Below, in pieces: positions 1 through 8,695 of a DNA stretch of 42,429 nt; the stretch's first letter is position 1, and the number at the start of each line of letters is the position of its first letter. The stretch spans positions 1 to 42,429 of the forward strand of contig JBBQDZ010000001.1 of the NCBI GenBank assembly GCA_038320185.1, read 5' to 3'. The stretch comes from Gaiellales bacterium. GTDB taxonomy: Bacteria; Actinomycetota; Thermoleophilia; Gaiellales; Gaiellaceae. Both the position numbers and the translations under genes were made by a program. The notes below the pieces were generated by a model that saw nothing but the letters and a program-made list of their open reading frames with translations, was not told the DNA's origin and did not search any database.

Positions 1-306
1 CCCGGGGTCGGGCTCGTCGCCTGCGACCAGGAGGGAAGGATCCTCGCGGCGGGGCGCGGCGTCTTCGAGCTCACCGGCTTTTCCGAGCAGGAGCTGATGG
101 GTCGAGAGGTCGTCGAGGGTTTCGGCCTCTCTGGCTTCGAGGTGGAGCGAAACCCCGCGAAGCTCGCGCTCGAGTGGGGAGTCCGGAGACTGGGCGAGGA
201 GCTCGAGCTGCGGACGCGATCCGGACACCAGAAGCCCGTCACAGCCGACTTCTTCCCTGCCTACGACGAGGACGGTGGGCTGCTCGTCGCCCTCGCTCCG
301 CGGTAG
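1..306 (+). CDS. PAS-domain sensor protein, C-terminal fragment (5' end lies outside the window)
   Basis: Frame 1 is open from nt 1 to TAG 304-306. The translation PGVGLVACDQEGRILAAGRGVFELTGFSEQELMGREVVEGF... fits the PAS core pattern (D..G.I......F..LTG.S..EL.G). Confidence 0.6.
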   Translation, partial: PGVGLVACDQEGRILAAGRGVFELTGFSEQELMGREVVEGFGLSGFEVERNPAKLALEWGVRRLGEELELRTRSGHQKPVTADFFPAYDEDGGLLVALAPR

Positions 307-318
307 ACCCGCCCGGCT

Positions 319-987
319 CTAGACGCGGCTCGAGGGACAGAGCGCCCGGACGACGCACTCCTCGCAAAGCGGTCGTCGCGCACTGCAAACCCGCCGCCCG
401 TGCCAGATCAAGAGGTGCGGGAAGCGGCCCCAGTCGGGGCGGGGGACGAGCCTTTGCAGATCGCGCTCGATCTTCACCGGGTTTTCCTCGCGCGTGAGGC
501 CGAGGCGCTGGGAGAGCCGCCGCACGTGCGTGTCGACCACGATGCCCTGCGGCTCGCCAAGCTCGGCCGCCACGACGTTCGCGGTCTTCCGCGCCACGCC
601 GGGCAGGCGCAGGAGCTCCTCGAGCCGTCGCGGAACAGCGCCGTCGAACTCCTCGAGCAGCACCCGCATGGTGCCGCGGAGCGAGCGGGTCTTCTGGCGG
701 TAGAACCCGGTCGCAAAGATGTCCCGCTCAAGCTCCTCCTGCGGCACCGCCAGGTAGTCCTCGGCCCGCTGGTACTTCTGGAAGAGCCTCTCGGTCACGC
801 GGTTCACGTTCACGTCCGTCGTCTGTGCCGACAGGATCACCGACACGAGGAGCTCGAGGTCGGACCGGAACCGGAGCGCGGTCGTTGCGTGCGTATGCTC
901 GGCAGCCAGCGCCTCGATGATCGGCAAGATCCGTTCGCGGCGCCGCCCCACGCGCCGCCGCGCCTCCGTCACGTAGCTGCGTGGCAC
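319..987 (-). CDS. nth: Endonuclease III (DNA glycosylase/AP lyase, [4Fe-4S])
   Basis: HhH motif LPGVARKTANVV. C-terminal Fe-S ligands CSARRPLCEECVVRALC (C-x6-C-x2-C-x5-C). SAQTTD and VDTHV motifs. The GTG start at 987-985 shares one nt with the addA TAG stop (989-987). The longer ORF to 1176 overlaps addA and was rejected. Confidence 0.9.
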   Translation of the reverse strand: MPRSYVTEARRRVGRRRERILPIIEALAAEHTHATTALRFRSDLELLVSVILSAQTTDVNVNRVTERLFQKYQRAEDYLAVPQEELERDIFATGFYRQKTRSLRGTMRVLLEEFDGAVPRRLEELLRLPGVARKTANVVAAELGEPQGIVVDTHVRRLSQRLGLTREENPVKIERDLQRLVPRPDWGRFPHLLIWHGRRVCSARRPLCEECVVRALCPSSRV

Positions 988-3900
988 TAGGGAACGGCTA
1001 CGAACAGCTCGGCGCGTTCCGCCGCGTTCCCACCGAGGCGCGGCCCCGCGCAGACGACGTCGAGGGCGGGGCAGTCGGCGCAGACCGCCTCGCCCGGCGT
1101 CGGTCGGAACTGGCCCGTCTGGATCCGGGCGATCGCCGCCGAGAGCTCTGCCTCGAGCGTCGGGACGTCCTCGCACACGAACGTCGCCTCGACGAGTTCG
1201 TCCGGTCGCTCAAGGAACTGGTAGACGACCTCAACGCGTTCGCTCCCCGAGCGCAGGATCGCGAGCGCGTAGACGAGCCGCTGCAGGATGTAGTCGCGCT
1301 CGACGACCTCCGCCGGTGAAGCGTCCCCGAGGATGTTCGACTTGAAGTCGACGACGAGAGCGCCCTCCCCGGAGACGTGGAGCACGTCGAGCCGCCCGTG
1401 GAGCAGCACGCCGTCGTGCTCGAACGCGAACGGACGCTCCGCGGCGGCGCCGGGGAGTGCGGCCAGCCGCCCGGCGAGCTCCGAGGTGCAGTACGCGTCG
1501 ACGAGCCCGCCGATCCGCGCGAGTTCCGCCTCGGTCACCGCCGGATACCACGAACGGACGGGGGTGAGATCGGGCGGAACAGGCGCTGCAAGATCGACGA
1601 GCTCGAGCAGCCGGTGCGCGGCGTCCCCGACCTCCGTCGCAGCAAGGCCGGTGCTGCCCGCCACGGCGCCCGCGGCTGCCACAGGGCGGAGGCCCGCCAG
1701 CCGCTCGGCATAGAAGCGATACGAGCAGCGCTCGAAGAGCGCGAGTGCGCTGTAGGAGAGACGCCGCACACGGTGCACTGGCACCTCCGGCAGCGCGGCG
1801 AGCGCGGGCAGCGGCGGCACGACAGGCGGCAGCGGCAGAGCCTCACCATCCGCGAAGAGCGCAAGCTGCCCGTCCTTGCTCGGAGCCTCGGGCTCCCCGG
1901 CCGCGTCCTCGCCTCGGCGGTAGCGGTCGAGTCGAAGGATGAGCCGGGCACCGTCGCGCTCGATCTCCACGGTCTCCTTCGCATCGCCGAGATCGACCTC
2001 GAGCCGCTCGAGCACCCACCCGATCGGCGTGGACGTGTCCGAGCGCTTCTCGGGATCGATGGAGCCCGAGACGATCAGTCGGTCGATCGCCCTCGTCATC
2101 GCGACGTAGTAGAGGCGCCGCCGCTCGGCCACGGCCTCCTGCGCGCCCACGCGCCGCACCTCGTCATACCCCGAGACGGCCTCACGGCGACCCGTGACGG
2201 GATTCGCCACCTTGAAACCGAAGCGCCCGTCCGGGAGCGCGAGAATCTCGTCGCCGGAGGGGTTCGCGCGATCTCGCCCGGCATCCGCGACGATCACGAC
2301 CTTGAACTCGAGGCCCTTCGCCGCGTGGATCGTCAGGAGCCGAACGACGTCTGCATCCTCCTCCTCGGCAACCGCTTCGAGCTCGCGTGCACCGGCCGCG
2401 TCCTGCTCCGCCACGAAACGGACGAACCCCTCGACGTCCGGCCCGCGCAGCTCCTGGTAGGAGCGCGCGAGGCGGCCCAGCTTGCGGAGGTTCGCGTACC
2501 GCCTGGCCCCGTCCCACTGTGCGAGCACGGCCAGGTCGTAGTCGTGTTCGGCGACGATCCGCTCGCAGAGGCGCTCCAGCGAGAGGTCGCTCGCGGCGCC
2601 GACCAGCCGTTCGAAGCGCTGCTTGAACGCGCGCAGCAGCCGCTCGTCCCTCGCCGGAAGCGTCGGCGGCAGCGGCCGCTCGAGGGCGACGTAGAGCGGT
2701 CGCTTCTCGGCCGCGCGTCGGAGGAGGACAAGCGCGTCGTTCGACACGCCGACGAACGGCGACGCGAGCACGGTCACGAGCGCCTCGTCGTCGTAGCGGT
2801 TGTGCAGGAGCCGGAGGTAGCCGAGCAGGTCGACGACCTGCTGCTGGCCGAAGTACCCACGACCGGTGGCGCGGTAGGTTGGCAGGCCGAGGGCGCGGAG
2901 CTCCTCCTCGTACCACTCTGCGTCGGTGCCCGCGGCGAACAGGAGGACGATCTCCCCGGGCTCGGCGGCTCCCGCGTCGACGAGGTCTCGCACCCGCCGA
3001 GCGACATGCCGAGCCTCCGCGCGGCGCCAGTGGATGCCGGAGTCGCGGTAGGTGGACTTGTCGGTCACGAGGAGCTCGACCGGGACGCCGAAGACGGGAT
3101 CAGGGAACTCGCCTGAGGCCGCGAGCGGCTGGAACTCCTCCCCGAAGTCGCCGGCGAAGAGGTGGTTCACCGCAGCGAGCACCTCGGGCCGCGAGCGGTA
3201 GTTCAGCGTCAACGGGAGCACCGCCCCGGCCTGCTCGCGCCGCTCGCGGAAGACCGCGACCTCGGCGTGCCGGAAGCCGTAGATCGACTGGAACTCGTCC
3301 CCCACGAAGAACACCTCGTCGCCCCCGAGCAGGTCGATCAGCCCGCACTGCAGGCGATTCGTGTCCTGGAACTCGTCGACCATGATCGCCCGGAAGCGCC
3401 ACTCCTCCTGCAGCCGAAGCTCGGGGTTGTCGCGAAGCAGGTCTCGAGCCGACAGCTGGAGATCCTCGAAGTCGAGCGCCGACTCCCGATCCTTCACCTC
3501 CTGGTAGCAGCGGGCAAACTCCTGCAACAGCTCGTGCAGCAGGTCCCGGTCGCGCGCTGCAACCTCGTCGAGTGCCGCCTGCTGCAGCGCCTTGCGGGCC
3601 TCGTCGTAGCTCGCGAGCCGCTCGCCGTGGCCGCGGAACTCCCCGAGGTCGAGCAGGAACTCGGCCGGCGGCGGGGGCTCCAGCAGGTCGAGCAGCCGGG
3701 CCGCACGCTCGCGACCGAGGTCGCTCGCCTGCTCGTCCTCGACGACGCAGCGTGCCGCATCGCGCAGCTCCGCGAGCCGCTCTGCGAGCGGCTCGCGCTG
3801 ACCGAGCGCGAGCTCGAGGGGCCGGCCCGCCGAGCGAAGCGTCTCGTAGACGCCCGTGAGCATGTGGCGAAGCCCCCGGGCACCGTAGGTCGCAAGCAGA

Positions 3901-4340
3901 CTGAGCCGGTCGGGGCGCTCGTCAGCGCAGAACGACTCGAGAGCGGTCCGGAACGCCTCGCTCCGGAGGACGCGCCCCTGGCTGTCGTCCACGATCCGGA
4001 AACGCGGGTCGAGCTTCGCGGCGAAAGGGTGAGCCTTCAACAGCCGCAGGCAGAAGCCGTGGATGGTCGAGATCCACGCGCCGTCCAGACGCCGGGCGAG
4101 ATCGTGCCGGCCCGCGTCCACGAGCGCGGCACGGATTCGAGCCCGCAACTCGCCCGCGGCCCGCTCGGTGTAGGTGATGACGAGGATCGACTCGACGTCG
4201 AGGCCTTCGTCGCACACCGCCGCCACGAAGCGCTCGACGAGCACCTTCGTCTTCCCCGTCCCGGCTCCGGCCGAGACGAAGACGTGGCCGCGCGCGGCGA
4301 TCGCGGCCGCCTGCTCCGCGTTCGGAAGCGCGCGGTTCAC
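987..4340 (-). CDS. addA: AddA-type UvrD-like helicase / RecB-family nuclease subunit
   Basis: Walker A SAGAGTGKT, DEFQDT, and the UvrD C-terminal region (TIHAAKGLEF, YVAMTRA). C-terminal PD-(D/E)xK nuclease (VVDFKSN) flanked by Cys at FERCSYRF and CADCPALDVVC. The preferred start is GTG 4340, which forms GTGA with the addB stop. GTG 4388 is the alternative start. Confidence 0.85.
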   Translation of the reverse strand: MNRALPNAEQAAAIAARGHVFVSAGAGTGKTKVLVERFVAAVCDEGLDVESILVITYTERAAGELRARIRAALVDAGRHDLARRLDGAWISTIHGFCLRLLKAHPFAAKLDPRFRIVDDSQGRVLRSEAFRTALESFCADERPDRLSLLATYGARGLRHMLTGVYETLRSAGRPLELALGQREPLAERLAELRDAARCVVEDEQASDLGRERAARLLDLLEPPPPAEFLLDLGEFRGHGERLASYDEARKALQQAALDEVAARDRDLLHELLQEFARCYQEVKDRESALDFEDLQLSARDLLRDNPELRLQEEWRFRAIMVDEFQDTNRLQCGLIDLLGGDEVFFVGDEFQSIYGFRHAEVAVFRERREQAGAVLPLTLNYRSRPEVLAAVNHLFAGDFGEEFQPLAASGEFPDPVFGVPVELLVTDKSTYRDSGIHWRRAEARHVARRVRDLVDAGAAEPGEIVLLFAAGTDAEWYEEELRALGLPTYRATGRGYFGQQQVVDLLGYLRLLHNRYDDEALVTVLASPFVGVSNDALVLLRRAAEKRPLYVALERPLPPTLPARDERLLRAFKQRFERLVGAASDLSLERLCERIVAEHDYDLAVLAQWDGARRYANLRKLGRLARSYQELRGPDVEGFVRFVAEQDAAGARELEAVAEEEDADVVRLLTIHAAKGLEFKVVIVADAGRDRANPSGDEILALPDGRFGFKVANPVTGRREAVSGYDEVRRVGAQEAVAERRRLYYVAMTRAIDRLIVSGSIDPEKRSDTSTPIGWVLERLEVDLGDAKETVEIERDGARLILRLDRYRRGEDAAGEPEAPSKDGQLALFADGEALPLPPVVPPLPALAALPEVPVHRVRRLSYSALALFERCSYRFYAERLAGLRPVAAAGAVAGSTGLAATEVGDAAHRLLELVDLAAPVPPDLTPVRSWYPAVTEAELARIGGLVDAYCTSELAGRLAALPGAAAERPFAFEHDGVLLHGRLDVLHVSGEGALVVDFKSNILGDASPAEVVERDYILQRLVYALAILRSGSERVEVVYQFLERPDELVEATFVCEDVPTLEAELSAAIARIQTGQFRPTPGEAVCADCPALDVVCAGPRLGGNAAERAELFVAVP

Positions 4341-7264
4341 GCGCGCCTCACGCGGCACATGGAGTAGAGGTCGCACCAGGGCGGGCACGGCGGGCCGCCG
4401 CGCGGATCGTGACGGATGTCGCCCTCGCGGATCCTGCCTACCAGCATCCGCGCCCGCTCCCGGGCCAGCTCGATCTGCGCCCAGAACTCGTCCTCGGAGA
4501 GGTAGTCGGACGAGACAAAGCCCGGGACTCCGTCGGCGCGAGCCTCCGCCCGCAGGAGTCCACGCGCCTGGCGCTCCCCGGCAAGAGCGCGGTAGACGCC
4601 GCCGAGCGGCTCGATCCCGACCAGGTCGCGCAAGACGAGCATGTAGAGCGGGATCTGGAGCCGCAGCTCCTCGTCGATCTTCGCCGCCGAGTGGGCCGTC
4701 TTGCCGGACTTGTAGTCCTGGACGATGCCGCGGGCGCTGAAGGGGTCGACATCGATCCGGTCGATCTTCCCGGCGAGCGCGAAGTCACCGAGGTCGAGGC
4801 CGCGCTGGAGCTCGGGCGCGGAACGGTCCGACCCGAAGGAGACCTCGAAGCGCCGCGGATGCAGCGGCGACTCGCGTTCGACCTCGTCCCGTAGGAACTG
4901 CTCGAGGTCCCGCCGAAGGCTCTGCTCGAGCTCGTGCCGATCGAGCTGCGGGATCTCGAGACGAATGCCGTTCATCGCGTCCTCCAGGCACTCGCGCAGG
5001 AAGGCGAGCGCCCCGTCCAGGCGCGCCGGTTCGATCCGATCGGCGCCGAGACGCTTCGGAAGGCCGGAGTAGAAGCGATTGAGGGTCGTGTGCGCGATCG
5101 ACCCCCGCAGCCGCGCGTCGACCTGGGGATCGATCGTCTTCGGGTCGATGACCCGCTCGAGGAACCAGATCGACGAGCAGTCGGCGAACGCCTCGAGCTC
5201 GGTGACGCCAAACGTCCCTTTCGCGCGCAGCTCCTCGAGCACGAGCGGGTGCGTGAGGCGCGTGGGGCGCTCGAAGGCTCGCTGAGCCCGCTCGAGCCTG
5301 CGCTCCCAGCCGTTTGCGAGCGCGATCGCAGCCGCGGTCGGAGGCTCGCTGCGAGCGAGCGACGCGAGCCCGCGAAGGCGTTCCCGCTCGCTCGGGGCCT
5401 CCTCCACCGGCCAGGTGAGCGCCGAGAGCGCCCGCCGGCGAGTTGCCCGCGCCACCTCTGTGGGGTCGAACAGCCCGCGCACCTCGTCCCAGAACGGGCT
5501 TGCCTCCCGGGGGCTGCCCTCGTCGCTGGCAGCCTCTCGCACGAGGTAGAGGCGCGACACGGCGCGCGTGCACGCGGTGTAGAAGAGGTAGCGCTCGCGA
5601 GCCGTCTGATCGGGCCGGGCGAGCCGGGTGCGGCGGCTGTCGAGCGCCTGCCGCGTCGTCTCGTCGAGGAACGGCGACGGATCCCCGCGCCGCGGCAGAC
5701 TGCCTTCCTCGAGGCCGAGGATGAAGACCACCTCGAACCGGCGGGTCCGCACCCGGAGCAGGTCGGTGACTGCGACGCAGCCTGGCTCGCCAGGAGCTGC
5801 GAGGCGTACGGAAGCGCGTTCGACGGCACCCACCACCTCCTCCGCCGCCAGCGGCCGGTCGAGCTGCTCCCAGCCCTCCAGCTCCGCGACGAGCCGCGTC
5901 ACGGCCTCGTATGCCCGCAAGTCGAGTCGCGAGCTCTCGCTCACGGGCGGCGCCTCGAGCCCGTAGGCGCCGCGGAGCATCGAGCGCACGAGCTCGGCGA
6001 CCCCGGAGAGCGCGGTTGCCGCCGAGCGCAGCCGATCGAGGAAGGGGAGCGGCTGCCCTCGGAGCCGGAGCGTCTCCGCTTCCACTCGTTCGGGCACCTC
6101 GACGCCCCGCCCGCGTATCCGGCCCTCGAGGTAATCGGCGTGCGGACGCGTCAATCCCGAGTACGGCGAGCGGAGGAACGCATAGAGGTCGCGCCGGCCG
6201 CCGCCAAGCCAGGCGAAACGCAGGAGCGAGAGCAGCGCATGCCCGAACGGCGTCTGGCCTACGCGGAGCTGGCCCTCGACCGCAAAGGGCACCTCCGCGG
6301 AGAGGAGCGCCGTCTCGAGCGGCGCACGCGAGCGCTCGAGCGAGGGGCACACGATCGCGATCTCCTCGGCGGAGGTCCCGCGGCGGAGAAGCCGCAGGAC
6401 CTCGAGCGCGACGAGCTCGAGGACCCCTCGCGCCCCCGCCCCCTCGAAGAAGCGGATCGCGCCTCCGAGCGCGGGAGGTGCTGCCGGTGTGTCTGCGAAC
6501 AGCGCCCGCTCGAGGTGCGCGAGCGCAGGCGCCGCGTACCGCTCGGAGGCCGCCGGAAGCTCTTCGACAGCCCCCGCCGCGAGCCCTGCAAGGTCGGCCG
6601 AGGTGCGCGACAACGAATCGAAGGCCGGCCGGCCGGGCTCGTAGGGGAGCGACACCGTCACGGGAACACGGCCGGCGAGCGCCTCGAGGAGCGCCCATTG
6701 CGCGCCCGTGAGATCCTCGAAGCCGTACGCAAATACAGGGCTACCATTCCAAGCCTCCAGATCGTCGGCGACCCGCGACGCGGCGTAGCCTCGCTCGAGA
6801 TCGCGATCCCAGAGTCCGACGCGATCGAGCTCGCCGAGGTAGACGCGGTAGAGCGCCGCCAGCTCGCCCTCCAGCTCCTCGGGCCGGAGGAGGCCGGAGC
6901 CCATCTCGGCGAGGGCCGTTCCCAGAGCGTCTGCGAAGCCGCCGAAGCGCGAGGAAGGGCCGTAGACCCCGAGCGGGGCGCAGGCCACGGTGCGGCGGAG
7001 AAGGAGAGCGCGCTGGGCGTCGGTTACGACGGGCCGGCGGGAGCCGTTACCCCGCGCGAGGCGCTCGAAGACGTCGTCGAAGGTTCCGATCGACCCGCCG
7101 AGTAAACAGCCCCCGCGGCGGAGCAGATCCCGCTCGACCCGCTCCACATCCGACCGGTTGGGGACAATCAGCGTCGGGTCCTCGGGCAGCGCCGTCAGAT
7201 AGCGCTCGAGGAGCAGGGCGACCTTGCCGGCATTCGCCGGGCCGGCGATCAGCGTCAGGCCCAC
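4337..7264 (-). CDS. addB: AddB-type helicase-nuclease subunit with Fe-S-stapled RecB nuclease domain
   Basis: N-terminal P-loop GPANAGKV. C-terminal nuclease VQDYKSGK with Cys at FADCSSIWF and CPPWCDLYSMC. The preferred start is GTG 7264 (VGLTLIAGPANAGK), preceded by TACGAT plus 7 nt. The ORF extension to 7447 runs through a terminator and the neighbouring gene. Confidence 0.8.
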   Translation of the reverse strand: MGLTLIAGPANAGKVALLLERYLTALPEDPTLIVPNRSDVERVERDLLRRGGCLLGGSIGTFDDVFERLARGNGSRRPVVTDAQRALLLRRTVACAPLGVYGPSSRFGGFADALGTALAEMGSGLLRPEELEGELAALYRVYLGELDRVGLWDRDLERGYAASRVADDLEAWNGSPVFAYGFEDLTGAQWALLEALAGRVPVTVSLPYEPGRPAFDSLSRTSADLAGLAAGAVEELPAASERYAAPALAHLERALFADTPAAPPALGGAIRFFEGAGARGVLELVALEVLRLLRRGTSAEEIAIVCPSLERSRAPLETALLSAEVPFAVEGQLRVGQTPFGHALLSLLRFAWLGGGRRDLYAFLRSPYSGLTRPHADYLEGRIRGRGVEVPERVEAETLRLRGQPLPFLDRLRSAATALSGVAELVRSMLRGAYGLEAPPVSESSRLDLRAYEAVTRLVAELEGWEQLDRPLAAEEVVGAVERASVRLAAPGEPGCVAVTDLLRVRTRRFEVVFILGLEEGSLPRRGDPSPFLDETTRQALDSRRTRLARPDQTARERYLFYTACTRAVSRLYLVREAASDEGSPREASPFWDEVRGLFDPTEVARATRRRALSALTWPVEEAPSERERLRGLASLARSEPPTAAAIALANGWERRLERAQRAFERPTRLTHPLVLEELRAKGTFGVTELEAFADCSSIWFLERVIDPKTIDPQVDARLRGSIAHTTLNRFYSGLPKRLGADRIEPARLDGALAFLRECLEDAMNGIRLEIPQLDRHELEQSLRRDLEQFLRDEVERESPLHPRRFEVSFGSDRSAPELQRGLDLGDFALAGKIDRIDVDPFSARGIVQDYKSGKTAHSAAKIDEELRLQIPLYMLVLRDLVGIEPLGGVYRALAGERQARGLLRAEARADGVPGFVSSDYLSEDEFWAQIELARERARMLVGRIREGDIRHDPRGGPPCPPWCDLYSMCRVRRA

Positions 7265-7271
7265 TCGACCT

Positions 7272-7277
7272 ATCGTA
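7272..7277 (-). promoter_or_regulatory. -10-like hexamer TACGAT, 7 nt upstream of the addB GTG (candidate leaderless promoter)
   Basis: The minus strand reads CTC TACGAT AGGTCGA GTG. It belongs to the recurrent TANNNT-N6-9-start pattern in this window. Confidence 0.4.
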
Positions 7278-7327
7278 GAGCGGGCCCGAGACGGTTCCGG
7301 ACGGCCTTGAGGGCGCTGTCCGGAAGG

Positions 7328-7362
7328 AGCGGAAAATGTGGAGGGGCGGAGCCCGCCCCTCC
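7328..7362 (-). terminator. Intrinsic terminator downstream of the zinc-ribbon gene
   Basis: The minus strand reads GGAGGGGCGG-GCT-CCGCCCCTCC. This is a perfect 10-bp GC stem (7362-7353 / 7349-7340) with a 3-nt loop, followed by ACAUUUUCC. It begins 3 nt after the TGA at 7368-7366. Confidence 0.7.
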
Positions 7363-7365
7363 GAA

Positions 7366-7566
7366 TCAGCTGGCCTGTGCCGACTTCGGGCGCCGGCCTC
7401 GCCGCGCTGCCGGCCGCCCCGGCGTCTTGGTCGCGCAGTCGTCGCAAAGATCGGCGCTCTTGGCGCCGCGCCGCGCGTCCGAATACGTCAGCCGTAGGGT
7501 CGCTCCGCGTCCCTCGCCGACTTCCTGCTCGCAGTTGTCACAAACAAGAACTGTTTTCCTCGACAA
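7366..7566 (-). CDS. Small (66 aa) zinc-ribbon protein with a basic AT-hook-like tail; Lsr2-like architecture, putative DNA-binding
   Basis: CxxC...CxxC (VCDNCEQ ... LCDDCATK) and the tail TPGRPAARRGRRPKSAQAS. TTG start preceded by a strong SD (GAGGAGGAAGTGAT-TTG). Followed by an intrinsic terminator. Confidence 0.65.
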   Translation of the reverse strand: MSRKTVLVCDNCEQEVGEGRGATLRLTYSDARRGAKSADLCDDCATKTPGRPAARRGRRPKSAQAS

Positions 7567-7624
7567 ATCACTTCCTCCTCGTGCCGGATTTGACCGCGAG
7601 CTTATCGGAAATCAGCGACGCAAT

Positions 7625-8641
7625 CTATGCCGCCCTGCGCGAGCGACGAATTCGCCACGATCGCAGCAAGCTCAGGACCGCGAGCTCCTCGGGATCCAAG
7701 CCGACGTCACGCGCACCGACGATGCGCAGATGGCGTGGCCGGAAATCCTCGATCGTTCGCCCGTCGAGATACTGCTCGACCACCGCCGGGCTCACGTAGG
7801 ATGCGCGCGCGACTGCCGGAGTGTTCCCGAGATGTTCGGCCACCCTGCGCATGACGGCCGCGGTCTTGCGCTTCGCGTCGGCCGCCGACTGAGCCGGTCC
7901 CGCCTCCGCGAAGGCGATTGCGGCAAGCAGCGTCCCACCCCAGGTGCGGAAGTCCTTCGCTGTGAACTCCGGACCCATGTTCTGCCGGATGTAGCCGTTG
8001 AGCTTCGCCGCAGTCAGATTGTGCACCTGCCCATCCAGCTCGTAGCGGAAGACGCGATGGCTCCCCGGGAGTGAGAGCAGCCGCGAGACCGCCTCCGCCA
8101 GCTCCGGGTCCACGATCATCCTCCGGACGAGCACCTTGTGCTTCCCGCGATACTGGAACTGGAGTCGGCTTCCCCGGATGTGGACGTGGCGCCGGGTGAT
8201 CGTCGTGATCCCGAACGTCCTCGATGTCTTCACATAGCGCTCTGAACCGATTCGGAACCATCCAAGGTTGATGAGCCGGACCGCAATCGCGCTAACCCAG
8301 TCTCGATCGAAAGGCCCGATCTCCATGTCGCGCGCCATCGCCGCCCGAAGCTCCGGCAGCTTCTCGGCGAAGCGAATGAGCATGTCGAATTTCGCCTCCT
8401 CCTGCGCAGCCCGGAATCGCGGGTGATAGAGGTACTGGCGCCTTCCGGCCGCGTCCATCCCGGTTGCCTGCAGCTTCCCGCGTGGGCTGGGTGTGATCCA
8501 GACGTCCGACCAGGCCGGAGGGATCACGAGCGATTCGATCCGGGCGAGCTTGTCGGGATCGACGATCCGGTTCCCGCGCGCGTCGAGATAGCGAAAAGGT
8601 CGCCTGGCACCCGTGCGTTTCCATCCTCCTCGACGCGTCAC
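7625..8641 (-). CDS. DNA topoisomerase IB (bacterial poxvirus-type TopIB)
   Basis: Motifs FRYLDARGNRIVD, IPPAWSDVWI, GMDAAGRRQYLYHP, FQYRGKHKV, KDFRTWGGT, and the active-site Tyr context ARASYVSP. The preferred start is GTG 8641, giving about 338 aa. The ORF extension to 9040 overlaps the divergent dehydrogenase gene. Confidence 0.85.
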   Translation of the reverse strand: MTRRGGWKRTGARRPFRYLDARGNRIVDPDKLARIESLVIPPAWSDVWITPSPRGKLQATGMDAAGRRQYLYHPRFRAAQEEAKFDMLIRFAEKLPELRAAMARDMEIGPFDRDWVSAIAVRLINLGWFRIGSERYVKTSRTFGITTITRRHVHIRGSRLQFQYRGKHKVLVRRMIVDPELAEAVSRLLSLPGSHRVFRYELDGQVHNLTAAKLNGYIRQNMGPEFTAKDFRTWGGTLLAAIAFAEAGPAQSAADAKRKTAAVMRRVAEHLGNTPAVARASYVSPAVVEQYLDGRTIEDFRPRHLRIVGARDVGLDPEELAVLSLLRSWRIRRSRRAA

Positions 8642-8682
8642 CGCCGACAGATACCGCGTGCAACCCGCCGCTAATCCGCCGG

Positions 8683-8688
8683 TAGAGT
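8683..8688 (+). promoter_or_regulatory. -10-like hexamer TAGAGT, 7 nt upstream of ATG 8696
   Basis: The sequence ccgg TAGAGT gggcgcc ATG. No SD is present, which is consistent with a leaderless transcript. Confidence 0.4.
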
Positions 8689-8695
8689 GGGCGCC

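Noticed and set aside
1377-3116. Long ORFs antisense to or overlapping real genes. Examples: 1377..3116 +, 3162..4367 +, 4934..7105 +, 4785..6698 -, 12930..15080 -, 20434..21471 +, 26375..27265 +, 33107..35086 +, 36181..37689 + and 38308..39363 -.
   Set aside because: Their translations are Arg/Ala/Pro/Gly-rich low-complexity sequence with no recognisable motifs. Each overlaps a gene with clear family signatures on the other strand or in another frame. Stop-codon scarcity in very GC-rich DNA produces such shadow ORFs.
7265-7447. N-terminal extension of the addB ORF (MRRLRDQDAGAAG...).
   Set aside because: It runs through the intrinsic terminator (7328-7362) and overlaps the SD-bearing zinc-ribbon gene. 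The conserved P-loop N-terminus begins at GTG 7264, which has a -10-like hexamer upstream.
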